This document shows, piece by piece, positions 50,477 to 59,972 of a stretch of 64,000 nt of DNA. Position numbers and translations under genes: made by a program. The stretch is from an uncultured Coriobacteriaceae bacterium (lineage in GTDB: Bacteria; Actinomycetota; Coriobacteriia; Coriobacteriales; Atopobiaceae). Position 1 is the first letter of the stretch. Each line of letters starts with the position of its first letter. The notes under the pieces are model-generated. The model was given only the letters and a program-made list of their open reading frames with translations. It did no database searches and was not told where the DNA came from. The stretch is from positions 14,322 to 78,321 of the forward strand of contig CADBDT010000007.1 of NCBI GenBank assembly GCA_902793465.1, in the 5' to 3' direction.

Positions 50477-52267
50477 ATGAATTTAGAAGACTTTTATGCT
50501 GGGGCGGATTTCTTTGCCCATACCTGGCTGGGCGCACACCTAAAAGACGGTGGCGTTACGTTTAGAACATACGCACCTGCAGCCGAGCATGTTTACGTTC
50601 GCACCAACTGGGACGACGTGCCCATGCAACGCGTTGCAGACGGGAACATATGGGAAACCCATGTGGACGGCATGGGCCCAGGTGACCCTTATACCTACAT
50701 AATCCATCACAACGAAGAAGCCCACGAGCACTGCGATCCCTATGGCTATGGTATGGACCTGCGGCCGTCGCATCGCTCAATCGTGCGCGACCTTACGTTC
50801 GAATGGCACGACGACGGTTGGATGTCCAACCGTTCTACCTGCTACGACGAGCCCCTCAACATCTACGAGCTTCACCTTGGCAGCTGGCGCAAACGCAGCG
50901 GTGTACACCAGAGCACGTATGTTGGCGACTGGTTTACCTATGCGGAGATTGCCTATCAGCTAATTCCCTATCTCAAAGAGACGGGATACACCCATGTGGA
51001 GTTCCTGCCACTCATGGAACATCCCTACGACGGCTCGTGGGGGTACCAGCCAACGGGATTCTTCTCGCCCACCAGCCGCTATGGCACCGCTCACCAGCTC
51101 ATGGAGCTTGTGGACATGCTCCACTGCGCGGGCATCGGGGTTATTTTGGACTTCGTGCCCGTGCACTTTGCCACGGATGACTACGGCCTGGCGCTCTACG
51201 ACGGCACTCCCCTCTATGAGCCTACCGATCCCAAAGAGGCCAAGAGCGAGTGGGGTAGCTATAACTTTGCGCACGAGCGCGGGGGTGTTCGCTCCTTCTT
51301 GCAGAGTGCGGCCAACTACTGGCTTGGCGCGTATCACTTTGACGGCCTGCGCATGGACGCCATAAGTCGCGTAATCTACAAGCACGGCGACAAGAGCTGC
51401 GGCATAAACGCCCCTGCGGTTGAGTTCGTACGCAACATGAACGGCGGGCTCAAGTACCTTAATCCAAACACCATGCTCATAGCCGAGGACTCGACCGACT
51501 ATCCCGGAGTTACCACACCCGTTGATCGAGGCGGCCTTGGCTTTGACTACAAGTGGGACATGGGATGGATGAACGACACGCTCAACCTCTTTCGCACGCC
51601 ACCCAAGGAGCGCAGCGACCACTACAACAAGCTGTCTTTCTCAATGATGTACTACCCGCACGAGCGCTATTTGCTCTCGCTCTCGCACGACGAGGTCGTG
51701 CACGAGAAGGCCACCATAGTGCAAAAGATGTGGGGCGACTACGACCTCAAGTTTCCGCAGGCACGAACCCTTGCCTTGTACATGTATGCGCATCCGGGAA
51801 AGAAGCTCAACTTTATGGGTTGCGAGTTGGCACAGCTACGCGAATGGGACGAGTGCCGCGAGCAGGACTGGTCGCTTAGGCAATACCCCCTGCATGACTC
51901 GTTCTACCGCTTTTGCGTAGAGCTCAACGACCTGCACGCAAACCACCCGGCGCTCTGGGCAAACGACTACGACAGCCAGGGTTTTGCATGGAGACAGGTA
52001 TCCGACCCCACCAATGTGGTCTATGCCTTCGAACGCCGCAGCGCAAGCGAGCGAATGCTCTGCGTACTCAACCTCTCGGACAAGGAGCTGCCAGGCTATG
52101 TGGTAAGCCTCGACAACGTCCGTCGCGCGCAGATTCTGCTCAACACCGACTGGAAGCGTTTTAGCGGCTCGACGTACGAGGACGACCGTCGTTGGTTCAA
52201 GCTTGCAAACAACCAGCTAACCTGCACGCTGGCGCCTTTCTCTGGTCAGCTCTATCTAATGGAATAA
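50477..52267 (+). CDS. glgB: 1,4-alpha-glucan branching enzyme
   Basis: GH13 conserved regions DFVPVHF, GLRMDAISRV, AEDSTDYPG and SHDEVVH. Start refined to ATG 50477 (GGCGGGAGG upstream). The ORF-track start at 50201 runs through the repeat. Confidence 0.95.
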   Translation: MNLEDFYAGADFFAHTWLGAHLKDGGVTFRTYAPAAEHVYVRTNWDDVPMQRVADGNIWETHVDGMGPGDPYTYIIHHNEEAHEHCDPYGYGMDLRPSHRSIVRDLTFEWHDDGWMSNRSTCYDEPLNIYELHLGSWRKRSGVHQSTYVGDWFTYAEIAYQLIPYLKETGYTHVEFLPLMEHPYDGSWGYQPTGFFSPTSRYGTAHQLMELVDMLHCAGIGVILDFVPVHFATDDYGLALYDGTPLYEPTDPKEAKSEWGSYNFAHERGGVRSFLQSAANYWLGAYHFDGLRMDAISRVIYKHGDKSCGINAPAVEFVRNMNGGLKYLNPNTMLIAEDSTDYPGVTTPVDRGGLGFDYKWDMGWMNDTLNLFRTPPKERSDHYNKLSFSMMYYPHERYLLSLSHDEVVHEKATIVQKMWGDYDLKFPQARTLALYMYAHPGKKLNFMGCELAQLREWDECREQDWSLRQYPLHDSFYRFCVELNDLHANHPALWANDYDSQGFAWRQVSDPTNVVYAFERRSASERMLCVLNLSDKELPGYVVSLDNVRRAQILLNTDWKRFSGSTYEDDRRWFKLANNQLTCTLAPFSGQLYLME

Positions 52268-52434
52268 CTTGGTCAATTGCTAAAGAACAAAGTTGTGCAC
52301 GAAATGTGAAGGAAGGTTGCCACGTGGGACGCTGGCATTCGAGCCACGTAGTAATAGTCAGATGACACAAACAAAGTCATCCTTTCCTTCCTTTCCCACT
52401 CGCGCGGGGCCAGACGCGCGAACAAGGGACTCAA

Positions 52435-52482
52435 AACAAAGCGGGTCGCCAGGAACTCCTTCCCCTGACGGCCCGCTTTGTT
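52435..52482. terminator. Candidate bidirectional terminator hairpin between convergent glgB and gpsA
   Basis: AACAAAGCGGG...CCCGCTTTGTT (11-bp stem, about 26-nt loop). Followed by GCGTTTGG on the plus strand and TTTTGAG on the minus strand. Confidence 0.4.
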
Positions 52483-52509
52483 GCGTTTGGACACTATCCA
52501 GAACGTCTG

Positions 52510-52673
52510 GACCACAACGGGGACAGCCCCTAAGAAATGGTCGAAACCGCGAGGTGCCACGGAAAGCAGCCGCGCGCAGTTCCGCAACGAAGTGAGGACT
52601 GTCTGAGCACGGCGCTTGTCCATGGCGCCGAAAGGTTTCGACCATTTCTTAGGGGCTGTCCCCGTTTGTGGTC
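52510..52673. repeat. Family-1 structured repeat, copy D (reverse orientation)
   Basis: Arms GACCACAACGGGGACAGCCCCTAAGAAATGGTCGAAACC / GGTTTCGACCATTTCTTAGGGGCTGTCCCCGTTTGTGGTC (one-nt indel). Cores are in reverse complement. It ends 4 nt after the gpsA stop. Confidence 0.92.
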
Positions 52674-52677
52674 TCCC

Positions 52678-53715
52678 CTACTTAGCTACGCCGTAGAACT
52701 CCTCGTTGGGGTTCCTGCCAAGCAGGGCATCGATTGCTTCCGCGAGCGGCATGTTGTTGTACAGCAAGTCGTACACACCCTGCGTTATGGGCACCTGCAC
52801 GTCGTGTGCGCGGGCGAGCTCCAGGATGCTCGCAGCTGCCTCTGCGCCTTCGACAACCATGCCGGTGCGCCGTTGGTAGTCCGCAAGCGACTCCCCGTTT
52901 ACAAACGCCTCGCCAAACGTCCTGTTGCGCGAATGGCGAGAGGTACAGGTAACAACCAGATCGCCCATGCCCGCCAGACCCATGCAGGTAAGGGGGTCTG
53001 CGCCCACGGAGGAGGCAATGCGGCTCACCTCGGCAATACCGCGCGTCATAAGTGCGGCAAGGGTGTTGTCGCCAGCGCCCAGGGCGGCAGCGATGCCACA
53101 GGCTATGGCAATCACGTTTTTCTCGGCAGCGCATATTTCCACGCCCGCAACGTCGTTGGTAACGTAGACCCTAAACGCCGGGCATACCAGCAGTTGCTGG
53201 AAGTATCGTGCAATACGCTCGTCGGATGCGGCAACGACTGCCGCAGATATGGTTCCGCGGCTTATTTCCTCTGCGTGGTTGGGGCCGCTGAGCACGGCTA
53301 TGCGCTCGTCGTTGCCCAACTCCTGTGAGGCCACGGTAGCCATAAGACATCCAGTGCCCCGCTCGACGCCCTTGGTAAGCACAAGAACAGGCACGTCTTG
53401 TCCAACGTATGGGGCAAGCTTGGCGCAGGTTTCGCGCAGGAAGGCAGAAGGGACCACCAGTAGCACAGCATCCGCGCCGGCGGTGGCTTCCTCCATGCTC
53501 GCGGTCGCCTGCACGTTTGCCGGAAGCTCGAAATCCGGCAGCTGTATGGGGTTGTGGCGCGTGGCGTTTATGGCGTCGGCGACCTTCGCCTCGTGGCACC
53601 ACAGGCCAATGGAATCCGCGCGCGCACTCAAGAGCGACGTTACGGCGGTGCCCCACGAGCCCGAGCCTATAACGCAAACGCGCGCTGCCTTAGAAGACGG
53701 CTTTGCCTCGCCCAT
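52678..53715 (-). CDS. gpsA: NAD(P)H-dependent glycerol-3-phosphate dehydrogenase
   Basis: VCVIGSGSWGTAV Rossmann motif and overall GpsA-like sequence. Confidence 0.95.
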   Translation of the reverse strand: MGEAKPSSKAARVCVIGSGSWGTAVTSLLSARADSIGLWCHEAKVADAINATRHNPIQLPDFELPANVQATASMEEATAGADAVLLVVPSAFLRETCAKLAPYVGQDVPVLVLTKGVERGTGCLMATVASQELGNDERIAVLSGPNHAEEISRGTISAAVVAASDERIARYFQQLLVCPAFRVYVTNDVAGVEICAAEKNVIAIACGIAAALGAGDNTLAALMTRGIAEVSRIASSVGADPLTCMGLAGMGDLVVTCTSRHSRNRTFGEAFVNGESLADYQRRTGMVVEGAEAAASILELARAHDVQVPITQGVYDLLYNNMPLAEAIDALLGRNPNEEFYGVAK

Positions 53716-54380
53716 TATTTGTCCTTGTCCTTATGCACGGAAAAGCGGCTTTCCTCGCCACGTACCAAGCGACCGATGTTCTCCCTGTGTGCCCAGATGA
53801 CCACCACCGCAACGAGCACGGTTGGGATGATCGCAGGCAGGTTCATGCCCCAGAGAACGGCGTGTATGGGAAGACTCGCCGCAGCTGCGACGGAGCCAAG
53901 CGAGATGTAGCGCGTGGGAATGGTGAGCAGCAGGAACACGGCAAGCATACCTAGGCCGATGGGCCACCACATGGCAAGACCCGCGCCCAGCCCCACGGAT
54001 ATGCCCTTGCCACCGTGAAAATGGAGGTACAGGCTAAACACATGGCCGAACACGCATGCGGCAAACAGGGTGGAGCCAACCCAACCGAACGCCGCGTTGT
54101 ACGCGATCATGTCCCAGTTGCCCCCAAAGCACACGTTTGCGACTATGAGCTTTCCCAATAGCACGCAGGCCACGCCCTTGCCCACGTCCAAGGCAAAGGT
54201 GATGGCGGCAGCCTTGCCTCCCGCAGAGCGCGCCACGTTTGTCATTCCAATGTTGCCCGAGCCCGTCTTGCGCACGTCTATGCCGTTGAGCGCAGAGGCC
54301 ACCAGAAGGCCAAACGGTATGCCGCATATGAGGTAGGACCCCAATACGACAAGAATCATTACGATGGTTAGCGAATCCAC
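53715..54380 (-). CDS. plsY: Glycerol-3-phosphate acyltransferase PlsY
   Basis: GSGNIGMTNV and HFHGGKG motifs; polytopic membrane protein. Confidence 0.93.
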   Translation of the reverse strand: MDSLTIVMILVVLGSYLICGIPFGLLVASALNGIDVRKTGSGNIGMTNVARSAGGKAAAITFALDVGKGVACVLLGKLIVANVCFGGNWDMIAYNAAFGWVGSTLFAACVFGHVFSLYLHFHGGKGISVGLGAGLAMWWPIGLGMLAVFLLLTIPTRYISLGSVAAAASLPIHAVLWGMNLPAIIPTVLVAVVVIWAHRENIGRLVRGEESRFSVHKDKDK

Positions 54381-54382
54381 AG

Positions 54383-55702
54383 CTAGTCCTTCTTCCTAAA
54401 CTTGAGGCGAATCGGGGTGCCGACGAGGTCGATGCGCTCTCTTAGCCGGTTTTCCATAAACCGCTCGAAGTTGTCGTCCACCAGGTCGGGGGCGTTGCAA
54501 AAGAACGTGAAGGTCGGCGGGCAGGTGTTTGCCTGCGTTGCGTAGTTGAGCTTGAGCCTGCGGTTGCGCTGCGTCACGGTGTGTCCGGACTGGCGTATCT
54601 CGTCCAGAAGGGCATTGAGCTTGGACGTTTGCACGCGGCTCGCACGGGCCTGCGCCGCACGGCTGGCGTGGTCCAGAGCACGTACGCAGGACCTGCCCGT
54701 AAGCGCAGAGATGCGCACCACCGGCGCCCAGGTGGCAAACGGCATGCGACGCGCGAGGGACGTCTCTATGTCCTCTCGCTGCTGGTCGGTGGCCACCAGA
54801 TCCCACTTGTTAAGGCATATTACGAGCCCACATCCGCGCTCGATGGCCATTACCGCCAGCTTTTGGTCCTGTTCGGTAACACCCACCGAGGAGTCGACCA
54901 CCAACAGGCACACCTCAGCCTTGTCCATGGCCATGAGTCCGCGGACCATGCTGTAGTACTCCACGTCCTCGTGCACCTGTGACTTCTTACGCATTCCAGC
55001 GGTGTCGACCAGGCGGAAGCGACTTCCGGAGCGCTCCACCACCACGTCCACGGCATCGCGCGTGGTGCCCGCAACGTCACTTACTATGGATCGGTCGCTT
55101 CCCACGAGCTTGTTCGTAAGCGACGACTTGCCCACGTTGGGCCGCCCGATTATGGCAATGTTTAGGGCGCCGTCGTCCACAACCTCCTCTTGCTCGTGCT
55201 CGGGCGGCAATGCTGCCACCACGTCGTCTAGCAGGTCTCCCGTTCCATGCCCATGCCCGGCAGATATTGGCCGAGGCTCACCGACTCCCAACGAATAGAA
55301 GTCCCAGGTGGCAAGCTCATGGGCAGGGTCGTCGATCTTGTTTACCACAAGGAACGAAGGTTTCTTGGAGCGGCGAACAACCCTCGCCACCTCCTCATCC
55401 TCGTCGGTAAGACCAACCGTGCCATCAACCACAAACACGATTACGTCCGCCTCGTCGCATGCCATAAGCGCCTGCTCGCGAATGCGCGGGGCAAAGGTAT
55501 CCTTGGAGTGAATGGACTCAATACCACCAGTATCCACCAGCACGAACTCGCGTCCGTTCCAGTCCGTCTCGTGATAAGAGCGGTCGCGTGTTACGCCGCG
55601 CGACTCGTGTACTATGGCCTCGCGACGCTCTGCGAGGCGGTTTACTAGCGTGGACTTTCCCACGTTTGGCCGTCCGACGACGGCAACAATAGGCTTGGCC
55701 AT
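54383..55702 (-). CDS. der: Ribosome-associated GTPase Der (EngA)
   Basis: Two tandem G domains (GRPNVGKST twice) plus a KH-like C-terminus. Confidence 0.95.
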   Translation of the reverse strand: MAKPIVAVVGRPNVGKSTLVNRLAERREAIVHESRGVTRDRSYHETDWNGREFVLVDTGGIESIHSKDTFAPRIREQALMACDEADVIVFVVDGTVGLTDEDEEVARVVRRSKKPSFLVVNKIDDPAHELATWDFYSLGVGEPRPISAGHGHGTGDLLDDVVAALPPEHEQEEVVDDGALNIAIIGRPNVGKSSLTNKLVGSDRSIVSDVAGTTRDAVDVVVERSGSRFRLVDTAGMRKKSQVHEDVEYYSMVRGLMAMDKAEVCLLVVDSSVGVTEQDQKLAVMAIERGCGLVICLNKWDLVATDQQREDIETSLARRMPFATWAPVVRISALTGRSCVRALDHASRAAQARASRVQTSKLNALLDEIRQSGHTVTQRNRRLKLNYATQANTCPPTFTFFCNAPDLVDDNFERFMENRLRERIDLVGTPIRLKFRKKD

Positions 55703-55820
55703 GGGGCCACCTTTCCTGCGTGTTACGTTCAGGGGATGATTTTATCACGTTCACCGACGCGCCCTGTATCTGCACAGATAAGCCAAAGAGCTGGCTTTCA
55801 AACAACGAAACAACGACGGA

Positions 55821-55997
55821 GGCCGCCATCGAACCCGGGAACGGACGAGGGGGCGGCAGTGCGGAGGATGCCGTGCTCAAACAGTCCTCGCGCGAAAAGC
55901 TGTTACGAACCTTCATGGGTAACTCGCGCTGCGGAACTGCGCGCGGCACTCCTCCGCACTGCCGCCCCCTCGTCCGTTCCCGGGTTCGATGGCGGCC
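55821..55997. repeat. Family-1 structured repeat, copy E (forward; full length with apical module)
   Basis: Arms of about 50 bp (GGCCGCCATCGAACCCGGGAACGGACGAGGGGGCGGCAGTGCGGAGGA and its complement). Cores plus a 41-nt apical insert similar to copy B. It ends 20 nt after the DUF512 stop. Confidence 0.92.
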
Positions 55998-56017
55998 GCT
56001 GTTATGGTTTTCCCACA

Positions 56018-57403
56018 CTACTCCAACGAGCTCAGCACGGCCGTCAGGACGTCTGGTGGATTGGGGACGCAAACCGCAGTTATCGCTCCCCTATCCTCTA
56101 TTTGGGCCAACAGCTCGTCCCGCCGAACGCCATCGAGCGTAATGCCGTCGAAGTTAAACATCACATCGGGCAGGACTACCAGAACACCCGTGAGATCGGA
56201 TGGCAACTGCGCGAGCAAGTCGCTTGCCACAATGAGGCCCGTAACGTTTACGTCGCCGCCAAAATAGTCGTTGCGCACAGCAAACGGTCGAACCGGCGCC
56301 TCCCACACCTCGCAAAGGCGGGCGAAGACCTGCTCGGCACCCTCACCACACACCAGCATCGCCTGCGTGTTTTGTGCCACGAGAGCGGCACCCGCCGCTT
56401 GCAGGCCATCCGATCTTGTTCGCACAAGCTCGTCCGCCTCGTCCAAAAAGAAGCGCAGCATTCCTATGCCATCGTAGAACTGCGGATATCCATCGTAGGT
56501 ATTGGCCTCGGGAATGGGAAGCTTTGCGTCGATGTAGAACTCGTCCGATAGCTGGAATCGGGTAATGCCCAGCTGAGCACGAGCCCGCATTTGATACGGC
56601 TCGAGCAGCTTGACCACTTTCCTGCTAGCCTCCAAGTCTTCGGAAAACGAGCTCGAGAAGCGCTTCGAGTACTTGGTGTAGCCCAAGGGAACAATGGCCA
56701 ACGACGTTACCTGCGGGTGCGCCTCCACCCACTCCAACGTGCGTCGCAGCTCTTCGCCGTCGTTGATGCCCGCGCACAACACAATTTGGCCGTGTATCTC
56801 TATGTTCGCCTCGCAAAGCCTCTCCAGCACCTCCATGCCTCGCATGGCCCGCCTGCCTATAAGCGGTATGCGCACCTCTGGGCTCACGGCATGGATAGAC
56901 ACGTTCATGGGCTCTAGCCTGCAGCGTATTATGCGCTCGACGTCCTCATCCGTAAGGTTGGTAAGCGTAACAAAGTTGCCCTGCAAAAAAGACAGGCGAT
57001 AGTCGTCGTCGCGAAGCATGAGCGAGGCGCGCGCATCGTTGGGAAGCATGGCCATAAAGCAAAACTGACATGCGTTAACGCAGGTGCGAATGCCGTCGAA
57101 GAGAACGTCGGTAAACTCCACACCCCAGTCTTCGCCCGGTTCGCGCACCAGCGTACAGGCGTATTCCTCGCCATCCTGGGGATCGAAAACCGCCAGCTCC
57201 GCCTCGCTGCCGTCCGCCTCCCAACGCCAGGTAATAATGTCTTCCATGGGCACGCCGTTTACGGTATCCACGCGCATGCCTGGCTCGAGACCCGCCTCCC
57301 AGGCGGGACTGCCGTCCGCAACGCTGGAGACCCAAGCCCCGCCACGGAACTCGCGCGTGCTCGCGTAGTCGGCTCTGCCCTCCCGTATGGGACTGGCTGC
57401 CAT
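56018..57403 (-). CDS. DUF512 protein (PDZ plus radical-SAM-like Cys motif)
   Basis: PDZ-like GSPAWEAGLEPGMRVDTVNG, the CVNACQFCFM cluster, and a DUF512-like C-terminus. Confidence 0.85.
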   Translation of the reverse strand: MAASPIREGRADYASTREFRGGAWVSSVADGSPAWEAGLEPGMRVDTVNGVPMEDIITWRWEADGSEAELAVFDPQDGEEYACTLVREPGEDWGVEFTDVLFDGIRTCVNACQFCFMAMLPNDARASLMLRDDDYRLSFLQGNFVTLTNLTDEDVERIIRCRLEPMNVSIHAVSPEVRIPLIGRRAMRGMEVLERLCEANIEIHGQIVLCAGINDGEELRRTLEWVEAHPQVTSLAIVPLGYTKYSKRFSSSFSEDLEASRKVVKLLEPYQMRARAQLGITRFQLSDEFYIDAKLPIPEANTYDGYPQFYDGIGMLRFFLDEADELVRTRSDGLQAAGAALVAQNTQAMLVCGEGAEQVFARLCEVWEAPVRPFAVRNDYFGGDVNVTGLIVASDLLAQLPSDLTGVLVVLPDVMFNFDGITLDGVRRDELLAQIEDRGAITAVCVPNPPDVLTAVLSSLE

Positions 57404-57448
57404 GCGCTACCTCCCCTCGTACCGTTGCGGCGCCTTTCCTCTTCCAGC

Positions 57449-58297
57449 TTATTCGGATACAAGAAACTCCGATACGCGACTACGCACAGCCTCTATCTGC
57501 GAGGCCGGCGTAGAGGCGCCCGCGGTTATCCCCACGAGGTCCGCACCGGCAAACCACTCAAGCTCCAGCTCGTCGGGAAGCTCCACATGGTGTGTCCTCT
57601 TGCATGCGGTGGAGCATATCTGCGCCAGATGCGTAGTGTTGGCGGAATTACGGCCGCCGATAACAACCATTACGTCTGCCTGGGACGCAAGCTGTGCCGC
57701 AGCCTTCTGCCGTTTTTCCGTAGCATCGCATATCGTGTCTATAAGACGCAGTTCGTCGCAGCGGCCAACTAGTGCTGCCACCACGGACCGCAAGGTGTCC
57801 TGGGCAAGCGTGGTTTGCACCACGAGTCCCACGCGTCGCAGCACCTCTACGTCTTTGAGCTCCCCTGGTGACCCTACGACCACGGCACCTGGTGCATGGC
57901 CAACCGTCCCCTCGACCTCCGGATGTCCCGACTCCCCCACGACGATTACCTGGTAACCTTGCTCGGCAAGTTGTTCGGCGGCACGATGAACCTTCTTTAC
58001 AAAGGGGCAGGTAGCATCCAGTACACGAAGGCCAAGTTGCTTGGCGTGCTCTTCCACCTCGGGTGTAACCCCATGCGTACGCATAAAAATCGTGCTTCCA
58101 GCCTGTGCCTCTTGCGGGTCCTCCACCACGCTTACGCCCCGCCGCCCAAGGTCCTCTACAACCACAGGGTTATGAATCAGGGGGCCAAGCGTGTGAACCG
58201 GACCTTTTGCCTCTTTGGCTTCCGCAAGCACCATGCTTAGCGCACGCTCGACGCCAAAACAGGCGCCGGCCTCGTCTGCCACAACAACCCGCGCCAT
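57449..58297 (-). CDS. ispH: 4-hydroxy-3-methylbut-2-enyl diphosphate reductase
   Basis: ACFGVERAL, ATCPFVKKVH and NSANTTHL motifs. Start refined to ATG 58297, directly after the cmk/plsC stop. Confidence 0.93.
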   Translation of the reverse strand: MARVVVADEAGACFGVERALSMVLAEAKEAKGPVHTLGPLIHNPVVVEDLGRRGVSVVEDPQEAQAGSTIFMRTHGVTPEVEEHAKQLGLRVLDATCPFVKKVHRAAEQLAEQGYQVIVVGESGHPEVEGTVGHAPGAVVVGSPGELKDVEVLRRVGLVVQTTLAQDTLRSVVAALVGRCDELRLIDTICDATEKRQKAAAQLASQADVMVVIGGRNSANTTHLAQICSTACKRTHHVELPDELELEWFAGADLVGITAGASTPASQIEAVRSRVSEFLVSE

Positions 58298-58298
58298 G

Positions 58299-59852
58299 CT
58301 AGGCCTTTCCGGGGTGCTCTTTGCGAAGCGCGTCTCGAAGCTCGTACACACGCTCCATGGCAAGCTTTTCCATGGCAGCGGCCTGCTTCTTCCTGCCTTT
58401 TACGCCCAGTTGGTCAAACGTTATGGGTTCGCCCGCACGCATGAAAATGCGATGGGGACGTAGGGGCTTGTTTCCGCCAGGGGCGCCATCGCGCGCACCC
58501 ACGATGGCTATGGGTAGGACCGGCGCCTTTGCGAGCTGGGCCATAAGGGCAAAGCCACCGTGGATCTTTACCTCTTGCTCGTCGGAGCGAACGCGCGTGC
58601 CCTCGGGGAATACAAGGATGTCCTCGCCACGCTGCAGGGCGCGCTGCGCACGACGCACCGCCTTTATGTCGGCCGTACCGCGCTTTACGGGAATGGCGCC
58701 AATACGTGCAAAGAACCAGTTAACAATCTTGTGCTTGTCAAACTCGCTCTTGTAGATGGGGCGCAGGCGACGTCCATGGGCCCAGTCGCTCACGGCAAGC
58801 ACCACCGGGTCGAGCATGGACACGTGGTTCATAATTATCATCTGCCCGCTCTCTGCGTTCCACATGGCCTCGCCGTTCTCTATCTTCCAAGGCCATAGGA
58901 GCTTTGACAACGCGCCGCACACGCAGATGGAGGCGCCAAGCAAGGCACGACATCCCAGAGGAAACTCGTGCATGTTCCCGTCGTAGTACTTGTCGTTGGG
59001 ATCTTCGGGCTTCTTCTCCTTGGGCTTCTTTGGTGCGTTCTTCTCTTCCTCGGGCTTCTCCACGGGCTTGTCCTCTGCGGAGTCAGCCGCCTGAACGTGC
59101 TCGCCATCCTCGTTTGAGGGCTCTCCGTCTTCGTCCTTTGCACCCGTGGAAGCAGATCCGCTGGCCGCAGCATCCCTTGCCGCGCTTATGAGGGCGGCAA
59201 TTTGGGCAACCTCCTCCTCGATGGTCATGGACGAGGAATCTATGTGAGTTGCGTCCTCGGCAGGCCTAAGCGGAGCGACCTCGCGCGTGGAATCCGCCTC
59301 GTCGCGACGCTTGAGGTCAGCCAGGATTGCCGCCTCCTTGTTGGGGTCGTCTATGTCACGCTGCAGCGCACGCCTGTGCGCGCGTTCCTCGGGGTTTGCG
59401 GTTAAGAACACCTTGACCTCTGCATCGGGAAACACGACCGTGCCAATGTCGCGTCCCTCGGCCACCACGTCACCGGACTCCCCCAGCGCACGCTGTTGGG
59501 CAATCATGGCCTCGCGCACGCCGGGAATCGCGGATACGGCCGATACGTCCGCATCGATCTGAGGGGTGCGGATGGCAGACGTAACGTCCTGCCCGTCGAG
59601 CGATACGGTCTGGGTGCCGTCCTCGGCCTTGCCAAACGCAATGCTCACTTTTTTGGCAAGCTCCGTAACCGCCTCGGCGTCGTTAACGTCTATTTCTCGC
59701 TCGTGGCACGCAAGCGTAACGGAACGATACATTGCGCCCGTATCCAGCATGGTGAGCCCGCATTCCTCCGCCAGGGCGTGAGCGATCGTGGACTTTCCAG
59801 AGCCCGCAGGCCCGTCTATAGCTACCTTCACGTAATACCTCCGTATAGCCAA
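58299..59852 (-). CDS. cmk: Fusion protein: cytidylate kinase (N-terminal) plus 1-acyl-sn-glycerol-3-phosphate acyltransferase (C-terminal)
   Basis: IDGPAGSGKSTIA and LDTGAMYR mark Cmk. An acidic/lysine-rich linker of about 60 aa follows. NHVSMLDP (HxxxxD) and FPEGTR mark the PlsC-type LPLAT. Confidence 0.9.
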   Translation of the reverse strand: MAIRRYYVKVAIDGPAGSGKSTIAHALAEECGLTMLDTGAMYRSVTLACHEREIDVNDAEAVTELAKKVSIAFGKAEDGTQTVSLDGQDVTSAIRTPQIDADVSAVSAIPGVREAMIAQQRALGESGDVVAEGRDIGTVVFPDAEVKVFLTANPEERAHRRALQRDIDDPNKEAAILADLKRRDEADSTREVAPLRPAEDATHIDSSSMTIEEEVAQIAALISAARDAAASGSASTGAKDEDGEPSNEDGEHVQAADSAEDKPVEKPEEEKNAPKKPKEKKPEDPNDKYYDGNMHEFPLGCRALLGASICVCGALSKLLWPWKIENGEAMWNAESGQMIIMNHVSMLDPVVLAVSDWAHGRRLRPIYKSEFDKHKIVNWFFARIGAIPVKRGTADIKAVRRAQRALQRGEDILVFPEGTRVRSDEQEVKIHGGFALMAQLAKAPVLPIAIVGARDGAPGGNKPLRPHRIFMRAGEPITFDQLGVKGRKKQAAAMEKLAMERVYELRDALRKEHPGKA

Positions 59853-59972
59853 ATAGCAACTAACGAGAACAAAAATATCCTTTGCAGACGCATATGCCAG
59901 CCCGTTTGTCCAATCTTCAGTGAAACTGCAGCTTGGCTTTGGGCCGGCTCTGACCTACTACATTATTTTTGC

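Noticed and set aside
55975-55997. A tRNA T-arm-like GGGTTCGATGG string, considered as a possible tRNA or integration site.
   Set aside because: It is the right arm of family-1 copy E and is exactly mirrored by CCATCGAACCC at 55826-55836. No acceptor or anticodon structure can be built. I found no tRNA or rRNA anywhere in the window.
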